Below are positions 30,740 to 41,600 of a DNA stretch of 64,000 bases, piece by piece (position 1 is the first letter of the stretch; the number at the start of each line of letters is the position of its first letter). Source of the stretch: Pelagomonas calceolata (taxonomy: Eukaryota); contig CAKKNE010000003.1 in assembly GCA_918797485.1 (NCBI GenBank), forward strand, positions 2,108,001 to 2,172,000, given 5' to 3'. Below the pieces are notes generated by a model. That model was not told the origin of the DNA and made no database searches. It was given only the letters and a program-made list of their open reading frames with translations. The position numbers and the translations under genes are program-made.

Positions 30740-32683
30740 CTACTTCTCCGAGCACACGTCCCGCTCGTACGCGCGCGGCTTGGACTTGTGCGCGATGCGC
30801 GCGCAGCGCGCGAAGTACGTGAAGTCCTGGAACGTGATCTTGTCCTTCAAGTCGAAGCCCCGCGCCAGATGGAAGAACTTGCGCAGCGTGTTCTCGGGCG
30901 GGTCGCGCCCGTCGTACAACGACCGAGCTAAATCTCTAATTTCATCGGCCCGCAACGTCCCGTCCTTGTCCGCATCGTATCTATCAAAATACGCTCTTAA
31001 CGCGCCGGCGTCCCCACTTAACCCCGACAGCGTCTCCATGAAGGACTGGCGCTGTTTCACACCGGAATGAGCCAGCGACCAGTCCCGGAACCCGCGCGGA
31101 TTCCGCTCCCCAAAGGCATACAAGATGGGCTTCGGCCTCGTCTTATCAATGGCATGCAACAAGGGCGTGAAGACCCGCCACGCCTCCCGCAGTTCTCCCG
31201 AAGAAACAAACAACGAAGAATCTCCTTTCGCGGCGTTCAAAAACATGCGCTCATACGCATCAGCTAGATAGGACCCGCCAAACGTAGAGGCATACCTCAT
31301 ATCCATGCACGTCGGCTCGACCTCCTGCTCGAGGCCGGGTTTTTTCGTGTGCGTTTTCAAATAAAGAGCTTCATCCGGTTGGATCCGACACACGAGTTCA
31401 TTCTTCGCCTGGGGCCCTACTAACAACTTGTTGTAGGGCTGGGACTTGTATCGGACCCGAACCTCGGCGAGGCGCTCATCTAACCCCTTACCTGCTTTCA
31501 CCACGAACGGGACGCCCTTCCACCGCTCGTTGTTTATTTTTAGTACTATTGCCGCAAACGTAGGTGTTACGGAGTCGTCCGGGACACCGGGGTCTTCGAG
31601 ATAGCCCGGCTCGGACATGAAGTTGTCCTCCGTATATTGGGCCAGAAACGCGTCGTCGAGCGACGGTATGCTCATGGCCTTCAGGACCTCTACTTTTGCT
31701 TTCTGAATATCTTCTGGTAGATCTGAGGCAGGGGGCTCCATGGCGCACAACACCAAAACTTGGAGTAGATGATTTTGCATGATGTCGCGGATGATGCCAA
31801 ATCCATCAAAATAACCCCCGCGGCCCTGCGTCCCGATGTCCTCCTTGAAGGTGATTTCTACGGACTCGATGCATTTGCTGTTCCAGGTCGGCTCGAACAA
31901 TTGGTTCGCGAATCTTAATGTTGAGAGATTGAGTACGACTTCTTTCCCTAAGTAGTGGTCGATGCGGAACAGCTCGTCCTCGGACCACGATCCACTTGTA
32001 GAGGCGTCGAGCTCGGCGAAACTATCTGAATCCTTCCCGAAGGGCTTCTCTATTATTAATCGAGTCCACCGTTTCGGCGCTTGCGCGCGACAACACGCAC
32101 TGACGTGTTGGGCGCAGGCCCCAAAGACTGTTGGGGGGACACTTAAAAAGAAGAGTCGATCCGTCGGGAGGCCTTGTTCCAGTTCATCCAGTAATACAGC
32201 TAGACTTTCAAAGCCGGGCGCCTTGTCGTAGGCGCCGCCGCCGTGGAAGAATAGTCGAGACGCGAAGTCCTCGAAGGGTAGCCTCGCGTCTTTTTTGACG
32301 TTCGCGCATTGTTTCTTGATGAAGCCCTGGAGTTCTACCGCTCTCCTCCCGAAGCCCACAATTCGAATCTTGTCGCCGCGCGGGAGTTGGCCCAATAACA
32401 TGAGTTGATAGAGCGCCGGGTACAGCTTTTTCTTGGCCAAGTCTCCCGTCGCGCCAAAGATAACCACCGTCAATCTTCTTGAACTCGTTTCTTTTATCGA
32501 GGCGGGCTTGGACTTGATCTCCGGCAGGAAGCCGCCCGATGCTGTAGAAACGGAGTCCCAGGAGCCGGCTCGCGCTCGCGGAGAGGTCGTGTCCTCCATG
32601 GACAGGGACTTCGACGGCCGCGTCGCCGGACTCAGGTGCTGCGACGTGCTCTTGTTGAGCGTCTTCTCGGCTAAGGCTGCCAT
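30740..32683 (-). CDS. G6PD: Glucose-6-phosphate 1-dehydrogenase with C-terminal EF-hand extension
   Basis: GATGDLA, EKPFG, RIDHYLGKE and RDIMQNHL; C-terminal DADKDGTLRADE. Confidence 0.95.
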   Translation of the reverse strand: MAALAEKTLNKSTSQHLSPATRPSKSLSMEDTTSPRARAGSWDSVSTASGGFLPEIKSKPASIKETSSRRLTVVIFGATGDLAKKKLYPALYQLMLLGQLPRGDKIRIVGFGRRAVELQGFIKKQCANVKKDARLPFEDFASRLFFHGGGAYDKAPGFESLAVLLDELEQGLPTDRLFFLSVPPTVFGACAQHVSACCRAQAPKRWTRLIIEKPFGKDSDSFAELDASTSGSWSEDELFRIDHYLGKEVVLNLSTLRFANQLFEPTWNSKCIESVEITFKEDIGTQGRGGYFDGFGIIRDIMQNHLLQVLVLCAMEPPASDLPEDIQKAKVEVLKAMSIPSLDDAFLAQYTEDNFMSEPGYLEDPGVPDDSVTPTFAAIVLKINNERWKGVPFVVKAGKGLDERLAEVRVRYKSQPYNKLLVGPQAKNELVCRIQPDEALYLKTHTKKPGLEQEVEPTCMDMRYASTFGGSYLADAYERMFLNAAKGDSSLFVSSGELREAWRVFTPLLHAIDKTRPKPILYAFGERNPRGFRDWSLAHSGVKQRQSFMETLSGLSGDAGALRAYFDRYDADKDGTLRADEIRDLARSLYDGRDPPENTLRKFFHLARGFDLKDKITFQDFTYFARCARIAHKSKPRAYERDVCSEK

Positions 32684-33128
32684 CTTATCGGGACGCGGCC
32701 ACGGCGGCCTGGTAGCAACACAGCTGCTGCCAATAGAGCGTCTCTGGCACCGTTTCGTGCAGCTTTTGAGGCCGACCCAAGGCGTACAGCTGAGTAGGTC
32801 TGCAAACACCACTCAGCACTTGCCACGCGAGGTTATACGGCGCACGTATGGCGAGCTGCCGCGGTCTTCTCTTTGTGGTATGGTACTTTTGGTATGGTAT
32901 ATGGTATGGGCGATTCGCGGAAGAGGCGTCCGGGACGACGCCGTGGCCTCCCGGAGCAGCACTGAACAAACACATGAGAAGTCAAATTCAAATTCAGTAC
33001 CTATACCTCGATTTTGTTCGATGCTTTGGGCAGCCATTAGGGCAGCCTAGGCAACGCGTGACGGCACTCGCCCTCCGTTGACGTCGTCGACGCGTTCGCG
33101 AAGGACTGCGTCTGCACGACGGCTAGCC

Positions 33129-34294
33129 ATGGACGCCGCCCAGTGCCTCGCCACCCTCAAGGCCCTGGGCGCCGACGCAGCCGTCGTCTCGGACATCGTC
33201 ATGGACCCGGCCTGGCGCCGCGACCCCGATTCGGTAAGAAGCTGCGCCGCGGCGACGACGACGAACGCCTTCCGCGACGACGGTCCACGGCGCGCGGCGC
33301 GGGCACGCGCGTGCCAATGGTTGCGGGCGAAAGTATCACCTGATTTGCGCAAGGACTGGGACGCGATGATACAGCTGGGCCAGAACGACGTGGTCGAGAC
33401 ACCACAACGATCAGAAGAGACGGCCGAGGACGCGGCCGGCGACGTCTTGATGCAGCTCGTGAGCACCGGTTCTTTAGTGGATGGAGAAATGGACCAGACG
33501 CTGCCGGAGCGTTTTGGGGAGGTTCTCGGGCCTTCCGGAAAACTCTCGCAAGGGAGACAGCTCGCGCGGGAACCGCCCGTTTATCTGCTAGAGGACTTTG
33601 TCAGTGCCAGCGAACGACAAGCTATGTTACAATGGGCCGCGGCCGCCAGCTTTGCTCACTCGCGGATTGACGGCGGCGTCTACGCAGATAGCGCAAGGTC
33701 CCAAGCAAGAACGTCGACGAGCTGCGCCGTGCCGCGCGGGACGCTGCCAGCATTCGACGCCTTGGCTGAAAGGGCCGCTTCGTTGATAGGCGGCCGCGCC
33801 AACCAGGTCGAGCCCCTGCAAGTTGTGAGGTACGAGGGCGGTCAACGCTTTGATAATCACCACGACGCGGGGACGGTCCGGCCGTCGGGCGCGATCCAGG
33901 TCGTGCCGCCGCGGCGCATCGCAACTTTGCTACTCTTCCTGACGTCGATTGATGAGGACGACGACGATGATGAGGGTGTCCCTAATGGTGCGACGGTGTT
34001 TCCCTCTTTACAAATTGCGCAGCGGCCAAAAGCTGGTGCAGCGCTCTTGTGGCCGAACATCGGCCTGGACGGGCGGCCTGATGGACGCACCATTCATCGC
34101 GGCAACCCCGTGCGGGGCACGGTCAAGTACGCCGTGAACGTGTGGATCTGCGCGGAAGACGTGGGCGACCGCGGCGTTCAGTCTCTTGATTTAGAGAAGC
34201 TCCGCGTCAAGTATGGCATCGGGAACGCGGCGGCGGCGCCCGTGCCGTTCCCGCCGCCTGTGCCGCTCGCGCCAGTTGCGCCGCCTGCGCCGCC

Positions 34295-34332
<38 letters not shown>

Positions 34333-34394
34333 GTAGTGAGAGCGACGACGACGTCCCGCCGGCGGCGGCGACGGATTTCGAGGCGCCGGACTAA
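33129..34394 (+). CDS. Prolyl 4-hydroxylase-like 2OG-Fe(II) dioxygenase
   Basis: EPLQVVRY..HHD, RIATLLLFL, G.TVFP and H.G.PV...KY..NVW. Confidence 0.85.
34299..34331 (+). repeat. (TCG)11 microsatellite encoding poly-Ser
   Basis: Seen directly in the sequence. Confidence 0.9.
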
Positions 34395-34454
34395 CTATTT
34401 TGATTGTGATGTTCATATTGTTACGGTGCTAGGACTAGTGGGCGGAGAAAATTG

Positions 34455-34476
34455 CTAGTGTCTTACAGCGCGCTAG
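34455..34476 (+). promoter_or_regulatory. CTAG-bracketed intergenic motif
   Basis: ctagtgtcttacagcgcgctag. Confidence 0.7.
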
Positions 34477-34549
34477 CATGGCGCAGATTATCGAGAGCAC
34501 AGCTGCCAAACTCCTCCTAAGCAGCCAAGTACGACCGCCATAGCTCGCA

Positions 34550-34957
34550 ATGCGCTTGGCCAGAGCCTGCTTGCTCCTTGTTGCTGCTGCCAGAGCCCTC
34601 ACACTGCCGCCGGCACGCACGACTCGTCTCCGCGCGCCTGTCCCCAGCGTTGCCCGGCGCACAACGATTCTCCGCGCCGAGGCTGAGGAAGCGAACGTGG
34701 GCACCGCTGTGCGCAACATCGCGCCGTGGCTCTTATTCGTCCTCGTCGGTACGCCGCCGCGTAGCAATCATTTTTCGCGTCAATCTCGACGCCATCGAGC
34801 TGTCACTCAGCCCACCGGTCGACCCCACACAGAGCCGGCGCTGCGCATCCCGAACTACAAGGAGTGCGTCGCCGAGAAGGGCCACGAGGCCTGCGCGAAC
34901 TTGCTGCCCTTCTTCCAGTGGCTCTACGAGCACGGGTTGGACGTCGCCGCCCTCTGA
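34550..34957 (+). CDS. Small plastid-targeted single-pass protein; probable in-frame intron 34749-34832
   Basis: Signal peptide plus Arg/Thr-rich transit region; TM segment IAPWLLFVLV; GTACG...CACACAG intron. Confidence 0.6.
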   Translation: MRLARACLLLVAAARALTLPPARTTRLRAPVPSVARRTTILRAEAEEANVGTAVRNIAPWLLFVLVGTPPRSNHFSRQSRRHRAVTQPTGRPHTEPALRIPNYKECVAEKGHEACANLLPFFQWLYEHGLDVAAL

Positions 34958-34958
34958 G

Positions 34959-35987
34959 ATGGCTACGTCGTCCTTGGTCCGGCTGTGCATCTACGTGCCG
35001 GGCACCTTCTACTGCAACCCGTTTTAGCCTGTGTGGAATCGCCACGCCATCGCACAGATGCAGCTACGGGAGCACGTCGCGTCGATTGGTGAGGCGCCCG
35101 AAATTTGATTTCCACGCAGGTTTAAGCCTTTCCTCAACGCCGTCGCCGGCTCGTCGTACGGCATGGCGTACGGCCACTTCCGCCGCGACCACTCGGACCC
35201 CCTGAACGTGTGGCTGCACGTGGGCTGCCTCTTCCTGCAGATCTTCGGCAACTTCGCGCTCCTCGACTGCCTGGACCGGACGCTCGGCACGCGCAGCGTC
35301 GCGCCGTTCACGGCGGCCGCGTGGGCGCTCGCTCTGGGGCGCACGCCGTCGCCCCCGAGCGTGCGAGCCTTCACCATCGCCCTGCTGGCGGTCGCGAGCC
35401 GGGGGTGCGCGGCCCTGGCGCCGAGAGACTACTATGCGTCGCTCATGCTCCTCACGGGCCCGCTCGAGCTGATTTGTTACTGGCTCTACCTGCCCGACCA
35501 CAACCTCAAGCGGCCCGGGGCGCCGTGGTTTTGCGCCGCGCTCGCCGCGCGGACGGCGTTTTGCCTATTCCTCCGCGGCCATGTGGGTTTGTTGGGTGTC
35601 ACGCCGGCGGTCGGCGCCGCAGGAGTAGTAGCGCTGCTTATGGTCGGGTCGCTAGTGAGGTCGCGGAACAACCTGCCGCTGGTCAGCCAGTTCGGCTCGG
35701 CGCTCTGGGTTCCCGCGCTGCTCTTAGACCAGCCCTGGGTCTACTTCCTGTCGCTCAGCTTCATGGGCGCGGGCCTCCAGGGCGTCGCGCACGAGATCAC
35801 GCGCCAGAAGGGAACGCTCAACCAACTGACGGACGCGGGCTACGAGCTCGCGCACACGTCCTTCTTCCCCGTGCTCACTTTGCAGAGTCTGCATCATTCC
35901 TCATACGGGCCGTTCGCGGCGACGGTCGCGGCGCTCGGCGCGCACGGCGACGCGCGGTCGCGGCGGGCGCTGGGGCTGCGCGACTAG
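34959..35987 (+). CDS. Mpo1/DUF962-like membrane protein; intron 35021-35119
   Basis: H-x-D-P-x-N-x-x-x-H (DHSDPLNVWLH) and QGVAH motifs; ATG 34959 splices in frame to ORF 35163. Confidence 0.65.
35021..35119 (+). mobile_element. Introner family A (99-bp intron)
   Basis: TSD gttttagc / gtttaagc; TIRs ctgtgtggaatc / gatttccacgcag. Confidence 0.85.
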
Positions 35988-36096
35988 CGTCGTGTAACTT
36001 GACCTAGCGTTTGAGGACTCGCGTTTGAGGACACCTAAAATATACTCGTTGTTAGGACGGGAAGGATGAGGAAGTGGGGATCAAGGACAAGAGAGG

Positions 36097-36600
36097 CTAC
36101 AACAAGCCGAGGGCCAACAGCCCGGGGAGGACGAGGACGAGGAGCGCGCGCGGGACGGATCCCGTCGCCGCGTCCGACTCCACCGGATCGTCCAGGGACA
36201 GGTCCACGATGCAGACAGCATTGGACCCATCAGTGCGGATTGTGGCACCTTTGCAGGGGGCGCCGTAAGCATAAAGGTCGACGACGGCCCACGTCCCTTC
36301 GACGATGCAAAAGGTGCCGTCGGCGACGTCGGTCCCGCCGAGGCCTGTGAAAATCCCTTCGACGTCGTCGAAATGGAAGGGTTCTTCGCAGGCCTGCTTG
36401 AGGCGCTGGTGTATCTCGTCGCACTCCGTCACGTCGCGATCGTCGCAGAGGGGCCCAATCATCGTGTAGGCGCCGTCGAGGACGCACCAGCGGCCCGCGA
36501 TGTCCGTGCCGCCGAGCGCGTCGCAGGCGGCGCGCGTCGCGTCCGGGAAGCACTCGTACGCGCTCACGTTCGGCGGGTTAAACGGGGTGTCGTCGTAGGT
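36097..36600 (-). pseudogene. 5'-truncated Cys-rich surface protein with GPI-signal-like C-terminus
   Basis: No in-frame ATG at the 5' end; internal repeat LGGTD(I/V)A...C(V/I); hydrophobic tail after ESDAA. Confidence 0.5.
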
Positions 36601-37619
36601 ACTAACAATTTTTCTATGTCCAAATAGCCCATGTCATGAGCAACAAGAACACAGTGTCTGCACATATTGGCACCCTTAGCAAAATCAAAACACCCCCGGC
36701 AAACGATGGAAGGATACTTGCCGTCGACACGATCCAATACTATACCCGCCTTTCTAAAACACGGATTTGATTCCTCAATACTAGCGACTGCAGTGACCTC
36801 GACCCTCACGCAGCGCAGGTCCGCCAGGATGCTGTTCCCTTTACTCTTAATTTCGGCGGGCTTCGCGCTCGCCTTGATCTTGATACTACGCAAATCACCA
36901 TAATCCATGAAATCTTGTACTAACCGCGCACGTCTCGAAGTCATCTTAGAAGCAGGATCTAAAGTCACATAAACGTGGCGCACGTTTGGCACCTTGGAAT
37001 CTAACTCGAAGCTCGCGCCGCGATCGGTGAGGAGAGCCGCCTCCACGACGACCGTGTCGGTCAAGGGCGCTTGCGAAACAAAGAAACCAGAGCTCGAGAA
37101 TGCCAAGCTGCTGACCGGGTGTTTGAGCAGGTCTTCGCCAGCCCTCTTCGTGATTATAGGCATCGACGAACGCAGGAAGGGCTCCGGGTCCGCCTTGAGC
37201 GCACTTTTGCCGAGCAGCAGCTTTATCTTTTTTGCGTGTCCGCTTTCCAAGGCCTGCTGCCCAGTGACACAGACACCTGGCGGCGCGAAGCCGATGAACC
37301 AGGAACCAGCCCAGCCCTCAATGTAAAACCGCTCGAAGTGCGTCACGAGCTCCCCGGCGCCGAGCGCCGTCCAGCGCTTAGAGATGATGTCCTCGAACGC
37401 GCCCTGGAAGGCTTCTCTCGACGACATGCTGCGCAAGAACATGATGTCCTCGATGATTGAGTCCTTGGCGCCCTTCTTCTTGACGGCCTCGCCTAAGTAC
37501 TTGTCCCACTTGCCCTCCATGACCTTGCGCAGGACGTGAACCCAGTCGAGTATGAGCTGGACGCCACCATCGCTGCCGGTGAGCGCGAGCTCATCGTCGC
37601 TGCTCTCGTCGTCGCTCAT
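36564..37619 (-). mobile_element. MULE/Mutator-like transposase remnant with SWIM-like zinc finger
   Basis: DWVH (C/DxxH) motif; TGQQALESGH resembles the MULE catalytic-Glu region TNNxxEsxH; CRGCxxFAKGANMCRH; 3' half more AT-rich than host genes. Confidence 0.65.
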
Positions 37620-37838
37620 GGTCACGGGCACCTAACACGAGCTGCTGGGCCGCTGGGAGCCGCTGTGGGGGGCTGCCTATGCCCCAAAAGCGCCACTGCC
37701 CCAAAACACAGCAAAAAATAGATTAATAGTGTAACTAACGCTACTTTTTACTATTTTTTTGGTCTTATTTTTTACAGTGGTCCCACTATTTTTTACAACA
37801 TTTTTCCGGAGTTTTCCTCCTGCACATCCACATCCACA

Positions 37839-38547
37839 ATGTATGGTTCTATTGAAAGCGACGCGACAGAAGCGGCGCCGACGAGCCGCCGCCGCGCCAG
37901 AGGGCTTCTGGCGGTCGTGGTCGCGGCCGCGGCGCTCGCCGGCGCCGCCGCGGCCGTCACCTTCCTAGGCCTTCGCGCGTCGTCGGCCGAGCTCATCCAA
38001 GAGGAGGCTGGCGGTAGGCTCGACGACGCCGCCGGGGGACAGAAAGATGATTGTAAGCTGGCGACCGTCGCCGCGGAGAGCGCGATAAACGGCCGCTTCG
38101 TCTGGGCGGGTAACAGTGTGCTATCCAAGGACGGCAAGACGTTCTTCCACCTAGAAAAAGTTGACGGCATTTTCCCCCGAGGGGCAGTACTTTGCGTTCG
38201 GCCGGACGATCGCGTCAGGCACCGAGTTCGCAGTCTACAATACGACGACGGTCGAACCCATCGAAGACTGGGAGATTCTCGACGGGGAAAGTGCGCTCTA
38301 CGGATTCCGGGGCGACCAGCTGGTGCGTGTTGGAAGGCGCCAACCCGGGTCACGGAACAGCCAGGTCCAGCTCGTCAACATCGCGACGGAGGAGGACTGC
38401 ACGCACATGCCGACGACGGCGCCGACGGTGTCTCCGGCGCCAACGCTCGCGCCCACCCTCGCGCCGACGCCCTACGAGTCGGACGCGGCGCCGGCCCGCG
38501 CGGTCCTCCTCCCCGTCGTCGCAGCGCTCGCGGCGGCGGTGATGTAG
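37839..38547 (+). pseudogene. Membrane-anchored protein with Pro/Thr stalk and GPI-like tail, split by a +1 frameshift near 38155-38160
   Basis: ORF 37839 gives the N-terminus and ORF 38161-38547 the C-terminus; removing one A from gaaaaag joins them (LEKLTAFSPEG). Confidence 0.55.
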
Positions 38548-38645
38548 TCACATGTACACGGCCCCTCCCCCGAAGTCCAATGATTCTACTACTACTAGTA
38601 ATTGCGGATAACCAGTATTTAACTCCTTGAAGAGGGAAGCAAAAA

Positions 38646-41600
38646 CTAGTCGTCCTGCTGCATCATGAGGGCCGTTCCTGTCAATGTCCACTTGTTCTTC
38701 GGCACGACCGTCTTGAGCGTCGCGAGGAACACGTACGTCGCGCCGCGCGCGGTCGTGATGAAGACGGGCGCCTCGTAGACGTCGTCGACGTGTCTTAAAT
38801 ATCCAACGGCCGAGGGCTCCCAGGACGGCTGGACGAGCACGGCCTTGACGTAGACCACTGGTACTGGAGGCATTAGTTCTTTCAAGCGAGATTCAAGTAA
38901 GAAGCCGCCGACCTTCGCGCCGCCGAACTCGTAGGGCTCTTCCACTTCGTCGCCGAAGGGCCACCGCGCACCCTCGATAAATAACCCGTGGATGAACGCG
39001 CCGTTCTCCGGAAAAGTACTATCAGGAGGAATCGCATGCGCATCTTTGTACGTCGTCATGTGCGTCTCCTGGGTCATGGCGTCCAGGGCCGAACCGGTCG
39101 CGCGGGCCGTGACTTGCAGGATGGACGTGAGGTACGCCATCGGGTTGAAGAGCCCGGAGAGCCACACGGAAATAGGTGTTGCCAGCGTCTCCGTCCACGA
39201 CGTCAGTTGCCCATGGCGCTTGATCATGTCGGCGTATTGCGGTAACAACGACTTCTTGGACGGCCAGGAGAACTTCTCCCAGGCGCACTGGCTGTAGGGG
39301 TTGCGCCCGGGCCACTCGGAGATTGTGAGAGCCGCAATTAAATCTTCGATCGCTTGCGTCATGTTCAGCGTGCCGGCGAGGCCCTTCTCGAGGTCGCTCA
39401 GGGACTTCGTGATCACGCCTAGGAGCACGTTCATTCTTCTACACTCTTGTAATGCACAGACCACATAAGGCCCTTGGGAAGGTTCAGCTAGCAACGGCTC
39501 GGCCATCTGGTCGATCAGGACCATCTGCAGCTCTTCCGGGCACCGATCCAACAGATCGGCCATCGTCGCCTTGACGACGTCGCCCGCGCCGCCGCCGCCG
39601 CCGCCGCCGCCTCCTAACGAGACGATCGTAGAAAATAAATTCGCCGTAGAAGATGTTAAGTAGCCAATCTCCGCGTTCGGGTGCAGTCCAAACAACGGCG
39701 GCGATTCCTTGGGCATCTTCGTGTCGATGTATTGGGCGTAGCCCTCGTAGTCCAAAGTTGTGGGATCCGGCGACGGGAACCCGGGCCCGAGCTCCAACCC
39801 GACCTTCGCCTCGCCTTCCGGTCTTAACTCGGGCTTCATGAGCTCCGCCAGGTACGTGTTGTTCGTCCGGCGATCCCACGCGTCCGTGATGTGACCGCCA
39901 TACATGATCTCGCCGAAGATGTACCGTAAATCGGCCCAGGGCACGCCCAAACCGGCGGCGTCGGCGGCGTCGATGTACGACGTTAATACGTTGCTACAAA
40001 TGACCAAATCGCCGGTGTTAAAAGAATAAGCGCGAGACCAGCCCTGCGGCCCGAACCGCCGCCTCCCCAATATTATGGAGTGGAACCAACAGAGTGAAAA
40101 TAAACAAGCCTTGAAGTCGTCCGGCTTCGACGAGGCATCGATGCGCTCCTGGCCGAACTCCGCCCAGGATCTTGTGAGATTGCTCTTGATGTCGGCGGGC
40201 GCCTCATTTGCGACCTTGATGCACGACTGGAGGAGCGATTCGGGCATATTAGGACCACTGAGCGCTCCCGGCGCTTCCGCCGAGATGTAGCACCGGAAAT
40301 CCGCATGGGCCCCCTCCTGGACCACTTCTAACAACCTTTCTAAAGATGGAACCCAAGAGGACATCAAGTGGCAGTTCTGGAGCATGACCCAGCCCCCATT
40401 TTTGGCGTATCTTTCTACTATTGCTTCGGCGGGTTTTTCTTGGCCCTGGCCCATGGAGATGTTGCAGAACGTTCCCTCGGCCTCCGAGATGCCGAGCTCT
40501 TTTCCCAACTCTTCGACCCAGGGCGTGGGATCGACGCCCGGGAATAATACAAAAAAAGTAGGCGTCTGCGGGCTCGTCTCCTCGTAGGTCGCGGGCATGT
40601 TAAACGGAGCTTGCTCGACGTACTCCTTGCCTGCGCGGGAACGACGCCGTCTAGACTCTCGTGTGATCATGACGAGGGCGTCGAGGCGACGTGGGAAGTT
40701 CGGAAACGGTCGGAAACAGACGCTGCGTCAGCGCCCATGACGTCGCCGATCCAAGCGGCTAAAGCATTGGAACACCTATCCGGCCGCAAGGCTCTCAAGA
40801 GAATAAGTCGGTCGAACGGCGACAGGTTCTTCTGCCAGTCGCCGGGGAACTTGGCCACTTCCGGCGTCGCCCCGTCGAACCACTGTAGCCAGTCGTCGCT
40901 GTCCGAGTGCATCGCGTCGCCCAATCCTGAAAACTGCTTCAGGCCCTCCAAGGCCTTAATTTTGGGCCAGAGCTGCTCGGGCATCCACTCGTGGAGGGGG
41001 CCCATGTTCCCGGGGTCGGGGTGGACCTGTGTGGCAAGCAAAGTTCAACTTGTGCTTCAACTTGAGGTGTGTCGTGGTGTGCGTGAGGTGCTGCTCTCTC
41101 TATGATGAAGAGTGTATCCCTCGGAGATCGTGTCCGAGTTTGGGCCTCTCCGAGGACCGCGGTGCCGAGAAGTGAGGAACGCGTCGCGTCGATGGCGTGG
41201 AGGGCGCGACGACGCGCTCCGACGCCGTCGACGCGAAGATAAGCTGACACAGGCTGCTACCTTGCCGAGGAACAAGTAGCTGACATCCTCGCCCGGTAGT
41301 AAGTCGTTGTCCACCAAAATACGCGTCGTGACCAACGTCGCCACCGTCAACTTGTCCTTCTCGAACAGACCCCGCCGCAAGTAATTAAAAGTTGTTAAAG
41401 TGATCGACTTGTTGAGTACCTGCGTCGAGCGACAGCGTCACGAAACTGCCTCTGCACATTCACGAGACGCGTAGACTCTCATGGAGACGCCCTCGTCCCA
41501 AAGTTGAAGTTCATTCATCAAAAACGGACGCCGCGTCCGCACGATGCACCGCGCCGCGAGCTCCTCGTCGTTGAGTTCCACAACCTTCACCGGCAGCTCG

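Noticed and set aside
32876..32910. (TGGTA)n-like tract in the G6PD/P4H divergent spacer as a telomeric or regulatory repeat
   Set aside because: Short and imperfect, not a recognised telomere unit, and a single occurrence.
35984..36007. Loose CTAG...CTAG pairs in convergent spacers (also 13037-13063)
   Set aside because: One CTAG is a stop codon, the spacing is longer (24-27 bp) and the TGTC/TGTG core is missing; not counted, though they slightly weaken the promoter-only claim.
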